NCBI GenBank assembly: GCA_016906335.1
Contig: JADEYG010000002.1
Coordinates: forward strand, 868,001-932,000
DNA: 64,000 bases
DNA from: Novakomyces olei
Taxonomy: Eukaryota
Direction of reading: 5' to 3'
Made by a program: the position numbers and the translations under genes. This document shows positions 11,443 to 27,785 of the stretch, piece after piece. The notes beneath the pieces are model-generated. The model had not been told where the DNA came from, made no database searches, and saw nothing but the letters and a program-made list of their open reading frames with translations. The number at the start of each line of letters is the position of its first letter. Positions within the stretch are counted from its first letter, which is position 1.

Positions 11443-12271
11443 TATACAGGCTCCTGTGTTTTTTGTGTTTTTTGCAAGGGTCATTGAATAATAAAATACT
11501 TTTTATCAATATTAAACCTAGCACCTTTCCATTTATTATTCATTTTTTATTTTCTATTTTTTATTTATTTATTTGTCTATTTTGTGTATCACTTCAAACT
11601 AGATTTTTGATTTGTCTTTGCTTTTTAATCTATTTCAGCGTAATAGCATCTACATACGGCAATAGTTGTGGAATTTATAATAAACGTTTAATTTTCTACA
11701 CTTTTGTATACGCTCCATCGGTTTAGTGTTCACAGCATTATATTGATCGTATCGCGCCTGTCTCATGTCCGACAAGTGCGATGACAAAAGGCAAGCAACC
11801 TGCACAAAAAGATAGCTCGTAGTAGTTTTTTTGTTGTAAACTAAGTTGTTTGCTCCCTCCGTGTCTTTGTAGCTTTTCGGTTCTGTACCTGTTTTGAAAA
11901 AATACTGTAGCCCTGCATTGTGCAAAACTATCCTAGCGTTTTAATGAATTTATAGAGCAACGGAATAAGAGCCCATTCTGCTTTTGCAACAGTATGAAAA
12001 CGAAAGAACAGGGATTTTACCTTTTTAAAGGTATTAAGCCACTATGCTGCAAGTGAACTACTCCAAAATATATTTCGTCGTATTAAGGCACTACTTGGCT
12101 ATATTTCAAACAGATTAGAAAAAAAAAAGTTAAAAATCCCTCTTTGAGCTTGTGGAAGATCGCCCACATGAAATATGGTACAGGAACAGAAAAACAGGTC
12201 AAGCATAGTGGGTTGTAATGTCAATAGGACGACGCTCTTTTACTCAACACTGTTCGATTCAAGAGGCAATT

Positions 12272-12287
12272 AACCCTAACTAACCCT
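12272..12287. promoter_or_regulatory. Telomere-like promoter element (exact 16-mer)
   Basis: AACCCTAACTAACCCT ends 185 bp upstream of the HDA1 ATG. Confidence 0.75.
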
Positions 12288-12471
12288 CCATATACTGTAT
12301 CTCCTGAGCATGGTTAATAGTTGATATAATTAATATTCCTACAGCAAGATTGGTAAATAAATAACAAAACACATTTATCGTCGCAGTTTCATTGCCCAAC
12401 GGTAAAAGACCCACCAGCGATAACAGCATCAGCGGTGCCCATGCTTATCGTGAAAGCAAGAGACAGGTAGC

Positions 12472-14887
12472 ATGGATGGTTCGATGGATATCGATGCCAA
12501 TTTCGTTAGTCCAGCTGCGATTTTTGGACATCAAGCCCAGGAAGCTGTGAATGCTGCGAAAGACGATGATGCCGATCAAGATATTCTGGCCACGTCTAAT
12601 ATATACACGCCATTGAAGCGCGTTTTTCTTCGATCAGGGTTGTGCTATGACGAACGGATGCGAGCGCACCAAACTGTTGACGTTTTCGATTATCACCCGG
12701 AAGATCCTCGACGGATCTTACGGATTTATGATGCACTTCGAACGGCTGGAATAGCGCCAAATATTCACAAACGACCTGATTCATCTGCAGCGGCAGATGA
12801 CAATTACACTTTTGTTCCTATAACCGCTCGAGAAGCGACACGAGAAGAAATTGTTATGGTCCATACAGCCATACACTATGTCTCTATGCTTTCTACGGCT
12901 CGAATGACACGTGAGCAATTGGTGATTGCCGAAAAGACATCAGACTCTATGTACTTCAATAATGAATCCGCTTTTTGTGCCCTGCTTAGCTGCGGCGGAG
13001 CAATTGAGACTTGTGCTGCTGTGGTGGAAGAACGCGTAAAAAATGCATTTGCCGTGATCCGGCCTCCAGGTCATCATGCTGAACCAGATGCAGCGGGCGG
13101 ATTTTGTTTATTTAATAACGTTGCTATTGCTACCAAAGCCACTATGAAGCGGTACCCTCAAGTGAAAAAAGTCATGATACTGGACTGGTAACGAATCTTT
13201 TTACTTTCCTCGAGTTTTTCGCTTATTTTTATTCAATTTGTATTCAATTTTACTTTCAATTACTATTATTATTATTATTTTGCTTAAGCATTCTCAGGGA
13301 TGTACATCACGGCAACGGTACTCAGCGAGCGTTTTATCGTGACCCCAATGTACTTTACGTGTCGTTGCACAGATTCGACAATGGAGAGTTTTATCCCGGT
13401 AGTTTCTACGGCCATTATACACGTTCTGGTGACGGTGACGGTGAGGGCCGAAGTGTAAACGTCCCCTGGCCTCGAGGAGGAATGCATGATGGCGATTACA
13501 TTTACGCGTTTGATCGGCTCATTATGCCGATTGCAAGAGAGTATGATCCGGATCTTGTCATAATCTCGGCCGGGTTTGATGCCGCTGATGGTGACGAAAT
13601 TGGAGGCTGTCACGTATCACCAATCGGCTATGCACACATGACGCATATGCTCATGAGCTTGGCTAAAGGAAAACTCGTTACTATTCTAGAGGGCGGCTAT
13701 AACTTGGATTCAATTGCTATATCCGCTCTAGCTGTGGCAAAAACAATGCTCGGTGAGCCGCCAGAGCCATTAAAAATATCGACACCGAGCGACGATTCCG
13801 TCAAATTAATAGATCATTGTATTCGGCATCATTCTGTTTACTGGTTAAATTTGCGGCCTTCGTTTAAGGAACGTTTTGTTCCTTTGCCGTCGGCCGAAGT
13901 TTTGCGGGATGTGGCCAGACGCGCTCAAATCACTCAGCTTGAAGATGACTACGGGATGACATCAGTTTTGAGTCCTCCTGGAGAGAAAGATGTACGGATC
14001 ATGGCCACGCCAGAATTCATGTCCAGCAAGAATCTGATGGTGATTATTCACGGGCCGCCAGAGGCTCGGTTGTTACAGCCAAATTCTCTGGACGATCGGC
14101 TGTCATTAAACGATGCTGTAATGGTAGACCCGTCTATGCAGTATGTGCAGTGGGCTTACGATAACGGATTTGGGATCTTGGATGCAAATGCCAGCCGGGA
14201 ATCTGCGGGTAAAGCATCACAGGGACAGAAGCCGTCTGAGGATCTGATGCTCTTTATTTGGGACTATTATATTTCGTAAGTCGGAGAGAATAGGGGAAAC
14301 GATGGGCAATATGATGAATTTGGGAAAAAGGAGAAAATAAGAGAGAAGCAAACAAACCACCAATCAACTTAAAAAGTTTACCATACTAATGATCAAGATT
14401 AACGGATGCTGCTTCAATTATTCTATTCAGTTCAGCTGGGACGGGTTTGAGCTTTGCAAAACTAATAAACGAAAGAAGTATGCTTAAACATTATACCAAA
14501 ATGACCACTGACACTTCCCTTTTTATTTGTCTGCAGCCGTGTTTGATCGTGTCAAGTGCGTGGTCAATATTTATGCTGGTGATCATGTCGACCCACTTCC
14601 GAAATCGGCCAGTGACGATATCGTCCGGCAGTACTTTTTGCGGAGTATTGTGTATATATCTAAACAAAATCCGCTCGCTACCCAGATGAAAAAGGCAAAA
14701 CAACGATTTGGAAGAGTGCTTCAATCTCGTAAGTTCAGGGATCGATAAAAAAATATGCTGATTTTATACGATTTTTTTGCCTCAGTCGCTAATTTGTTCA
14801 GCTTACGATTCGAAAGACCAGATACTCACAAACCACTATAAAGCACTTACAAAGTGGATGCTGGAGCGGCTCTCTAGTTTAATCTAG
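12472..14887 (+). CDS. HDA1: Class II histone deacetylase (Hda1/Clr3) with C-terminal Arb2-like region, multi-exon
   Basis: HPEDPRRI, RPPGHHA, GFCLFNNVA, ILDW|DVHHGNGTQ, SAGFDAADGD and LEGGYNL. Confidence 0.92.
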
Positions 14888-15059
14888 ATTACTATAGACA
14901 TGTCAAAAATATAGTGTAACTTCAGAATTTTCAGCGTTCCACGTATTATTGCCTTTCGTAATATATCAAAGCAGATATAAAAGAATTTTTGTCCGGAATT
15001 TCGCATCATTCAGGATTGAACAGTCCAGAATTTGCAGAGGCATTTATGACGGTAATACT

Positions 15060-15074
15060 TGACCCTAACCCTAA
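15060..15074. promoter_or_regulatory. Variant telomere-like element TGACCCTAACCCTAA
   Basis: Upstream of MCM6, immediately after a CGGTAAT. Confidence 0.55.
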
Positions 15075-15230
15075 ATTCTTGTGTCTTTGCAATTGGATAA
15101 AGGCCGTACCAGATCGATATTACTGGTAAACTGGGGGCAAACCTCCTTCTAATCCAGTCATAAATTACTTTATTATACGACACGTAAAAGCTGGCATGGA
15201 ATATTGCAGTAGAGCTACATAGTCAAAACT

Positions 15231-15279
15231 ACGCGTTTAATTAAACCTTTCATAAATTAGTTTCGCGTTCGCTACGCGT
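15231..15279. promoter_or_regulatory. MCB (MluI cell-cycle box) cluster
   Basis: ACGCGT 15231-15236, TCGCGT 15263-15268 and ACGCGT 15274-15279 directly upstream of a G1/S replication gene. Confidence 0.75.
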
Positions 15280-15337
15280 AAAAGCATCCTTCCATTGATC
15301 ACTGATCCATTCGCAGCAGCGTCCGCGGCTACTTCTG

Positions 15338-18138
<2,801 letters not shown>

Positions 18139-18635
18139 ATTGGTTTCTTGCTGGGGCATTGCTATTGTATAATTTATTGCTTTTTCTGCTATTCAGTACC
18201 TTTTGTGTTGAGACTTGGAGTGCATAGATTGTAGAAATTTCGTAGTCGGACGGGTGGTGTAAGGACGGTGTGGTGAGGCAGTATTAGAGTAGAGTATAAG
18301 CATACACGTGGGACAAGTCCGACCGCTCTCACACAATCTTTCCAACAAGGTGCCGAATAACAATTTATATGGAATATCACGTTCATTAATGGAATAACGA
18401 GTACATTGAAATTAACAAAGAGATTGAAATCTACGAATACATTTAGATGGCACAGATACGTTAAACGTGGAAGCCGAGTGACCGCCCTCCACGACTGTGC
18501 CACTTTTTTCTGCGCTCCGGCTAATGCAATGAATGGACTTTTGGGTGACGATTACCTATGATTTTGCGCCATGTACTTGCACTACACAAGATACGGCACC
18601 TGTAAACTACGCGAATCAAGGTCTAAATACTTAAT

Positions 18636-18711
18636 TTGACTAGGCAAGTAGTTTGACTAGACAAGTAGTTTGACTTATTAAATAGTCTGACTAGATAAGT
18701 AGCTTGACTAA
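18636..18711. repeat. 17-bp tandem repeat (TTTGACTAGRCAAGTAG), about 4.5 copies
   Basis: tttgactaggcaagtag / tttgactagacaagtag / tttgacttattaaatag / tctgactagataagtag / cttgactaa. Confidence 0.75.
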
Positions 18712-18922
18712 TTGTGTAAGTGGACCGTACAATCGCGAATGATAATGTATGGGATAACGAAAACCCTGTTGCAGCATCTAATGAATGAACAGGCTTATAC
18801 TGCTCGCATACACGCTAAATAACGGAGACTCGACTTGATGAAACAGTGCGGTAGTCGAGCGTAGTCCTCTGCATAATCGTGCGTCCCGGATCGTACGGTT
18901 CAGCGAAAATCTGACTTGGTGC

Positions 18923-21900
18923 ATGGCCAGCGGGAGTTGTGGCAATCAGCGGCAGCAAAAGTCGGGCGGAGCTTTGAGAGCGCGGTAGGTCGTGTAAAGG
19001 CAGACGCCACAGTCGATCGTCTGCTTTCTCCACAGCCGTCTAACTGTAAAGTAGTGCTATTCATCCCAGTCTCAGGTCCGAGTCTACTCTCGGGTCAGGA
19101 AAGCAGCCGGAGCCGGAGCCAAGTCCCACGGAGTCCAGCTCACAGAGTTTGTCCTTTTTATCGACTTCAAGGAAACGAAGTGGAGCTGCCACTTCATATC
19201 GCAATAGCAAGACACCAGCTCGGCAGCCGGCTGCAAAACGAGTAAAAAAGAATAACCAAGAGTCTGCTGAGCCCACTGTTGAACGGGGGAAGCAGGAGTC
19301 TAATCGTGCAACGGCGAACGTAGGCTCTCCTGCAAACCGCCAGAGCGGAGACAAGATGCTTTTTGGCAACGGCAGCAGAACTAGACGGTATATCCATTTG
19401 TCGTAAGGCTGCTAATGAAAATAGGACTACGAGTAGTAGAAAGCGAGGCGAACTTTACGAAAAGGAATTTGATGGTATGCTGGGCGGAATTATTTTATTT
19501 TTATTTTATTTTTATATTTATTTTTAGTTTTAGTTTTATTTTAACATTTTCTCTATTTAATTCTTTATACCATTTGGACCGGTTAACTCATAATTAGAAG
19601 AAGGATCGTCACACTTTACACGGTCAAGAGACGTGCCGGCCGATGAGTACGGTAATGAACTCGCTGAAACGAGTTCGGCTTCCAGCTCAAAGTTTGGCTT
19701 AGATGATTTGCTGGACGCTCGACGTACGAGGCGCAGTTCTCGGCTCAAACCTGCACGAGGTTCAAGATACCAGAATTTTGATAATGAAGAGGAACACAGC
19801 GTCAAATACACGGCTTCGTCTGCGCCGGCTACGGATCCAGTCTACGATTCTTTGGCAACCATGGTGAGCGGTGCAAGTGGGAGGCACAGCAATAATAAGA
19901 AAGACAAGTCAAGGAAGAAGTCGTACGTGGCCGGAGAAAATGATACGTGTGCTCAAATCTCTATTAGTAATGCCAAAAATCGTGGTCTAATGGCAAAGGA
20001 GGCACAGCAATTGCTTCATGCCGATGGCGATAGCCCGGCAGAGGAAGAGGATCTGTATGAAGATGATGACGATTATACTGCGGCTGGACAACGTGATGAA
20101 AGCGATCTTTTAGATTCTCGTGCGGATAACAGTAATGCCTTTGCCATGAGAGACCTCCGGGGACATAATGATGATAATGACCAGGATTTCAGTGATGATG
20201 AACGAGATGAAAATAGCGGTGAAGACGAAGATGACGGCGAAGAGGAAGATCGAAATGACGGAGAAGAAGATGACGATGATGAAGATGACGATGACGATGA
20301 CGATGATGAAGATGAAGATGAGGAGGAAGACGACGAGAGCGAGAATGAAAACGGGAATGATGGTTTTGTGAGAAGATCGCTGCGTGATGAGTTAAGCCGG
20401 GACTTTGATATTCCATCAAGCATTCTGTTATTCGGGATTGGCGGTCAGTGGAATCGAAAAATATCTGCTTTGGCGAACGCCGATGTATATACTCAAATGG
20501 CTCTACTGCAAGAATTCGCAGAAATGCTCTGTATATCCACAGAAGATGTGATTGCAAATGATTTTGCAGTAGACTCGTTTGTAAAGGCGCTAGTCAAGAT
20601 TTTGAGGAATGAAGATGCGTCTAACATCGAGCCTGAACTTTTTCATCTGGCTTGTCTTTGTCTTTCTAATCTTATTGAGGCCTTTCCTCCGGCTACTCAT
20701 TCTTTGGTTTGCGGAGGAGCGGTCCCGGTTTTGTGCAATAAGCTTTTGGATGCCCAATTCATTGATCTCGCGGAGCAGGCTTTAACTACCCTTGAGAAAA
20801 TTTCTATAGATTACCCATCTTCCGTCGTACGTGAAGGCGGCCTCAAAGCCAGCTTAACCTTCTTGGACTTTTTCCATATGAGTGTCCAACGGAAGGCCGT
20901 TTCGTTGGCGGCCAATTGTTGCAGGAATATCCCACAGGATTGTTTTCAGTCAATCTTGGATGTTATGCCAAAGATTCTTGAAATTGTGAAGGGGTCAGAC
21001 CGTGAACTGGTGGAGCAGAGCAGTCTTTGCGTATCTCGCATTATTGAAGTCTTCAGGCACGATAAAGAGAAACTCGACAAGATTGTTGACAAAGAACTCT
21101 TGCTTACCATCTTAAAACTGCTTGAACATTCGACCACCACGTCTCTTAGTCAGAATTCACAAACTTCCTTCCTCAAGCTTCTTGGAGCTATTGCCAGAGT
21201 ATTGCCCGAGGCTGCCGTGATTTTGTTTCAAATTAATGTTCTCGATGTCATTGTACACATTCTCACTGGTGTGTCAAATCATACAAATTCGGTTCAGTCG
21301 GACCAAGATAAGCAAACAACTCAGCTCCAGGTTATGACTCACCAGGCAAAGTCACAAGTTGTTGAGGTTCTGAATTTGATTTGTGAACTGCTCCCAGCCC
21401 CGCTACAAAAAAGCTCTATGGATCCTGAAAAGAAAGCCTTGAAAGCAGAAGAGGCACAAAGGAGTATTGAGCTGCTTGAAAAAGTTTCTGCAGAAAGGAA
21501 CAAGTTTGTCTTGACTTTACTGCCCATACTTATCAATATTTACACATCAACAGCAAGCTCAACTATCCGTCAACGAATCATCAATGCTCAATTAAGATTG
21601 GTCATCAATATGGACGATACGGCAATGTTGGATATGCTTGAACATGTTTCGTTTGGCACTTTTCTCGCAGAAGTGCTTTCGCGTGATATTTGGTCACCAT
21701 CCGGAATTGCAGCGTTACAGCTTTCAGAGAATCTATTGAAGAAGTCACCAAAGCATTTTTACTTTTGTCTTTTACGTGAAGGCGTAATCCATGTTGTGCG
21801 CGAGATCTGTGCCTTTGATATGCCCTCCGCCAACGCAAACGGCATATATAGTATTGTGCCGCCTTTGCGCTCGGAGCAAGCAAATTATGTCGCCTCTGCA

Positions 21901-24399
21901 AAGGACAAAGCCTGTTCTTTTCTAAGAATTTTTGATACTTGTGATGCAAAATATTCGTCCAAATTTGCCAAATTATCAAACATGCATAAGCTTTCGAGCA
22001 TAGCTAAAAAGATGGGCAAAAATCGGATCACAAAACAGACGTATGAAGCGTTTAGTCATGTTCTTTGCAAAAGAGAGGCTGCTACTGGATACGAGCTATA
22101 CGAATCTGGCCTTGTTAATTCTTTGACTGATTATCTTCGGGGTGTTGGCTTTGAGCAAAAGGCACAACTGCTTCATCATTTAGCGTCACCGGTCAATGGT
22201 GCAAATTCAAAAAGTGCGCTCTTGGTCTTGATCGAACGACTTCAGGGTCTTCTTAGCCATACTGAAAATTTCCAAGTTCTCACTAGTGGACATGAAGGTA
22301 TTTAAACACCCAAAATGTCATGTAAATTTAAACTAACCGTCTGATTAGATGCGAAAAAGAATCCTATCAATCTCTTGACACGTATGCTCCGGGTTAAATT
22401 GGTCGCAGAAGAAGATCTTGAAGTTCCTGATCCATTCAAAGAAGTCATAGTCTCTATTCATGCCATTGCGACTTTTGGTGCTATTGATAATTACCTTCGA
22501 CCTCGACTATTTCAGGGCTTGAGGGCCCAAGCTAAAAAGGATACTATCGCGGAAGAATTATCGGAAGCTGCGCCTCTTAAATCCAGGTCTTCACGGAGCA
22601 TGTTTCAAGCGTTTCTTGGAAATTCAATGTCCCATGCAGTTTCGAACGCTTTGGATTGGAAGATGAATGCTGAGAATGAAGCAGCGTTTAAGGGCTCTGT
22701 CTTGGAGTATACGTATCAGGGAGATCGAATAACGAACGAAATGACGCTGTTCTCCCTGCTGGCTCGTGAAAACTCTGAAGGCCGCATTAATTGGGATCCG
22801 TCTCTCACAGTGCACTATCGACTTGTCCAGCTCCAGCAAACTTTGTCAGAAAGCGAATGTAGCGAAGACGGTATCGGAGCCGGCGTTGAACAGGGCTCAA
22901 GTCACCTCTCTAATGTTCACTTTGAGACGGTGTTGGTGCTGCTAAGAGAACTTTATAAGCTGGTACAATCGCATTTGCCGAGACTGGCGGCTTCTTCTGT
23001 GTTTGTCAATTCGAAGCTGACAGCTAAATTAAATCAGCAGCTTGAAGATCCTTTGGTTGTTGCCAGCGCTTGTCTCCCGACCTGGACGCAAAGATTAACT
23101 CAAGACTTTTTCTTTTTGTTTCCATTTGAAACTAGACATTTGTATCTCCAATCCACATCGTTTGGATACTCCAGATCAATTTCACGCTGGCAGCGCAGCA
23201 TGCGATCGAACGAAGACTCTTATAATGACCGACTCAGCCATCTCGGTCGACTACAGAGGCAAAAGGTTAGAATCTCGCGTCGTAGAATGTTGGATTCTGC
23301 GGTGAAAGTCTTTGAACTTTATGCCTCATCCCCCTCTGTTTTGGAAATTGAATACTTTGACGAAGTGGGAACGGGACTCGGGCCGACCTTGGAATTTTAC
23401 TCGATCGTATCAAAAGACTTTTGTCTGTCTTCCCTTGAAATGTGGCGATCATCGAACGAAAAATCAATATTTGTTAATCACGGGCAAGGCCTCTTTCCTC
23501 GGCCTTATTCTGAGGAGTTTCTGGATTCACCAGATGGCCAAAAGATCCTTCAGCTCTTCAAGACTCTTGGGCGATTTGTCGGTCGTGCTTTACTTGACTC
23601 GCGGATTGTTGATATGCATTTGAATCCTCAAATGTTTAAATTTGATCAAGACGGAGAAGAGCTTTCGATACTTGATGTTCGAGGGATCGATTCTGTACTA
23701 ACGGATTCGCTTCTCTATTTGAAAAAGTTTATCGATTTGCAGGATGCCGGACATGTTGATCCTTTAATTGATGGTGTTTCTGTGGAAGAGCTTTCTCTTA
23801 CATTCACTCTTCCAGGGTATCCGTCTATTGAGCTGAAACCTAATGGTGGAGACGTTTATGTGACTTTTGAAAACGTAAAGGAATATGTCAATTCTGTGGT
23901 AGAATATACTGCTGGAAAAGGTGTGGCCAGGCAAGTCGAACAGTTTCGGGCTGGCTTCAGTAACGTGCTTCCCTTTAGTGCCTTAAAATCATTCAGGCCG
24001 GATGAGCTGGTGAGAATATTCGGCAATGGAGAAGAAGACTGGTCAATTGAAACATTACGGGATTGTGTCAGGGCAGATCATGGGTATACGATGCAAAGCC
24101 AGAGCATTCAAGACCTGCTTGAGGTCATGTCTGCCTTTAGCATTGTCGACCGGCGAGAATTTTTGCAGTTTATTACGGGCGCACCCAAACTGCCAATCGG
24201 CGGCTTCAAGGAATTAGTCCCCTCACTGACTGTTGTTCGAAAGCCAGCGGAGAATTCCCTAACTTTTGACGACTACTTGCCGAGTGTTATGACATGTGTT
24301 AATTATCTCAAGCTACCCGCGTATTCTTCAAAGCAAGTCTTGCGCCAAAGACTGCACAAGGCAATGAGAGATGGACAGGGCAGTTTCCATCTTTCGTAA
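18923..24399 (+). CDS. UFD4: HECT E3 ubiquitin ligase Ufd4/TRIP12, multi-exon
   Basis: ARM region FIDLAEQALTTLEKIS; NSKLTAKLNQQLEDPL; LEIEYFDEVGTGLGPTLEFY; LPSVMTCVNYLKLP; ends SFHLS*. 5' exons rebuilt from GTAGGT/GTATAT/GTATGC donors, so the start is less certain. Confidence 0.92.
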
Positions 24400-24775
24400 T
24401 AAGGGATATATCAAATATGGTTTACATGTCATTTGTTTTTGTTTAGTATATGCTTTTTGTTTTATTGGTGCGCATACATATACTTTATGGTCATTGACAA
24501 TATATTTGCAGACAGATATATTGCGAGTCCAGATCATTTAATTTTCTCATTACAAATTGAACTCGTTCACTTGTAGATTGTGCTACTACAAATTGGCCAA
24601 AGACGTAGAAATCGAGCAGATTTATACAGCCCAATTAATGTGACCGACCCAGTTAAGCGGATCGCTGTCGATCCATAATTTAAATCCGCGCGGTTGTACG
24701 AGCCTGAGGCAAACAAATACACTTTAAAGTACATACACGTGTGCCATGTAACACTTTTTAATCCCGTTTCTTATC

Positions 24776-25664
24776 CTATTTGACGGCACTTTTCGCCAAA
24801 CGATGAAAGGTCAATGACCACTTGCGTGACGGTTTAATACCGCACAAAGACAGGATCCACGGGTACGTTTGTGTACTTTTGCCCTCTGAATCTGCCCTGT
24901 TTCCACCGGTCAGGTCTGCGTGTTTGAGGGCAAACCCGTTTTTCTTTAGCGTAAGCTCTGCACGTTGCTGAACAGACCACGTGTGGCATACGACTTCTGG
25001 CGCCCCCGCGTCGTTGGCAAACTCCTTCGCGATCTGCAGCAGATCGCTTCCAAGGCCACGATTCTGTAGACGATGGAGAACGTACCAATTGACGATCTCA
25101 GCCTTGCCTCTGCTGTCCCGTTCGACGGCAATTGTCCCGGCAATTTCGGTCCCGAATTGAGCCACCATCATCATGTTTTTCCCACGGTAAAAGTTACTGA
25201 GAAGCCGATGCCTCACAAGTCTGTCGCGCTCTGCGTCCGCTATCGCTTTGAATATGGGCGAAACAGTATACTCGGCAGCAAGTGTAAGCGCACCAAATAC
25301 TGCGCAGACAATAAGCACTCCCACACCGATATCTCCGCGGGCATAAACCCCAGAGAATTGTATGCAAAGCGCGGCAAATGCTACAGCTGCAGTAATCGAA
25401 ATTGGATGGAAAACCAAGTGTGTGTTTGCCAGTCGGCCCGATCGCAAGGCGCCTTTCAAGTTAGATTTGATGTCGAGAGGAGAAGAGACTTTAAAAAGTT
25501 GAGCAAATAAAAAATTAAGCAAATAAGCAAGCGAAGCGTAAACCTGTACCATTCAAAACAAACTGCAATACTTTTGCTTCGTCAAACTCTGCGACTGAAG
25601 CAATTTTCAGTTCGGGCAAATCGCTCAGCGCTGGCTTCTCGTCCTCCGAAGAACTGTGCGCCAT
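24776..25664 (-). CDS. GNAT-family N-acetyltransferase with a transmembrane hairpin (NAT8/Pho86-like), 2 exons
   Basis: Two hydrophobic segments, then the acetyl-CoA motif WYVLHRLQNRGLGSDLL and LKKNGF. Confidence 0.75.
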
Positions 25665-26148
25665 TGTGATCGAGTCAGAAATGACTCTTTGCTTTATGTC
25701 TGTCTTTATTATTATCACTCTATTATATTCATAAAATTTATTTATTAAAAGGTGCTTGGGCAGCACGTGGACACGGCCCAATGCGGTAATGATAAGAAGT
25801 ATAGTGTCTTGCGCTTAGGTTTACTTGATGGTCGGTGCTTGAATATTCTTATTCTTTTTTATTTATATTATTATTTATATTAATTATTATTCTACGCGTT
25901 TTTGTGTCCATTTGACCAGAGATGTACATTCAAACCGATAGAAGCCACCGGGGGACACTGTGCCCTATAACCAATGTTCATATTGTGTCTGGACGAGCCA
26001 CGACAAAACTGTACAAACAGTAGCAGACCAGTTCCAATAAATTTTCAAGGTGGTTTGGCACTGCTGTCAACCATCACCAAACACGGTCGAGTTTGCGGTG
26101 CGTCAGACCTAAAAAGCGGGCAAGCCTAGCCATAAACATCAGTAAAAT

Positions 26149-26706
26149 TTATAAACAAAATATATGTAATAAGCCATACTCGTCATGTAATAGGTGGTTT
26201 ATCATTTGATCGTCCTCAGAAGCGGAAAAAATAGCGCTTGACTGGATTGTTGACAGCCGGTTATAGAATGTAAGCCAGGATTTTAGCTTCTCCGTGCTCA
26301 GAGTTTCGAATTCAGATAAGCAAAGTTTGACCTCGTGGCCGTCTAAATCAACAGGAAAACGCCCATCCCAGGTAGGCAGGAAAGCAATAACATCCTCGCC
26401 ATGCATTTTGCCAGCATTCGCACAGCGACGAATAGAGCATTCTTGACATAAATCTATCTGCTCTGAACGGGTCAGCAGAGACAACGCAAGATTGTTCATA
26501 CCTCTCAGCTCTTTTGCTATAGTCACGAGGCTAGAAGACGTAGCGTCCGCTATTTCAATTTGCTAGATGGTGTTAGATGAGATCTGAAAGGTGGAGTTCT
26601 TTACCGATTTCACAGCATCCTGCAGGCCTGACGAGGTAGGCAAAGAATTCGCCTCTGACTTGGTCGGGAGAGATTCAGCCTTGCTCGAATCGACACACTT
26701 GCTCAT
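26149..26706 (-). CDS. Mrp8-like uncharacterised protein, 2 exons
   Basis: EQIDLCQECSIRRCANA..DVIAFLPTWDGRFP..EF..WLTFY resembles the yeast Mrp8 family from memory; exon 1 MSKCVDSS...AVKS ends at a GTAAGA donor. Confidence 0.55.
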
Positions 26707-26785
26707 TGTAGGAAACGCCGTTGAGGATTGTTGTGTATAACAAATCTCTGCGACTATTTGTATTCCCTATAATACACGTGATCTT

Positions 26786-27661
26786 TCACGTGATATTTTT
26801 GGCGAGCCCGGCTTCAAACTCATGTTTACGTTCCTTAAAGAGATCCATACACGCTCGGGCGTCCTCAATCTGTAATTAGCATTTGCGGCCGTGATTAAAA
26901 CGCAAAAACAACAAATATCAATCAAAAACAAAAACCGTACCGACGAATGCGTTCCTGCTTGTATTGTTCGTCCCAGCACTACGGTAGCCAATTTTTTTAA
27001 ACTGGGGCTCTTGCCCTTTGCGTATGCGCGGTAGCTTTTGAGCCTGCTCGTGTCGCGAGTCATTGATCTAGGATGTGATAGCAACAAAGCCTTCAAGTCA
27101 TTGTGAACAGAATGGCCAACCAACACTCTTCCCTTCAGTATGTCGGCCACCTGATTTTGTACAACGTCAAACGGCTTTGCTTCGCGTAACATAGAGGGAC
27201 TGATTCCACTCACCCACGTTCGAAAATCTACCACTTGCTCCTTGGGCAATACTATTTCATCCATCACCAGATTGCCATGGTAATTTACAATTGACACTCG
27301 TGCTAGAACAGACTCCTTTCCCTCGGGTCCAACGCCCACCATTTCACAGTCAATCGATACATACTTTCCAACTCTGAAGCCGTTAGCGGAGCTTACAAGA
27401 AATTCCTACTTTGCGTCCGGTGTTTTCGAAATTGTACTATTATTGGCGTTCTGTGAATCTTCTTGGGAAGTTTTACGCTTCTTTGGCTCAAGAGCAGGTT
27501 TTTGGGAACCCAATTTTCGTTTGAAAGATGGATTGGGTTTTGTCAAAGCGGTCACTTTGCGGGGGTCCGTCTCCGCTTTTACCCTCTGCCATTGTTAGCA
27601 TCGGCTATGGCCGTAACTGGACCAATACCTTTTGAAGCCTCTTCCAATTTTCGCTTGACAT
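26786..27661 (-). CDS. REX4: RNA exonuclease 4 (DEDDh), multi-exon
   Basis: [54 protein letters not shown]. Confidence 0.92.
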
Positions 27662-27785
27662 ATTCAAGGATTGTGGATGAGCGAGCAAATACAGCTAGAA
27701 TTATTTTTTATTATCCACTTCAATAGTTTAATGTTTGCTTTGCCAAAGCTTTACACAATATGTTACAGTGGAACCCAAACTTATA

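Noticed and set aside
12333-12380. ATATTCCTA resembling the snR30/U17 m1 motif
   Set aside because: There is no matching AAACCAT m2 motif or H/ACA hairpin; it lies in AT-rich promoter DNA.
20073-20557. Poly-Ser, poly-His and poly-Met ORFs in other frames; also the poly-Ile ORF 53018-53248 and ORF 55374-55841
   Set aside because: These are shadow frames of the UFD4 acidic tract, the (ATT)n microsatellite and the RhoGAP NSNA repeat.
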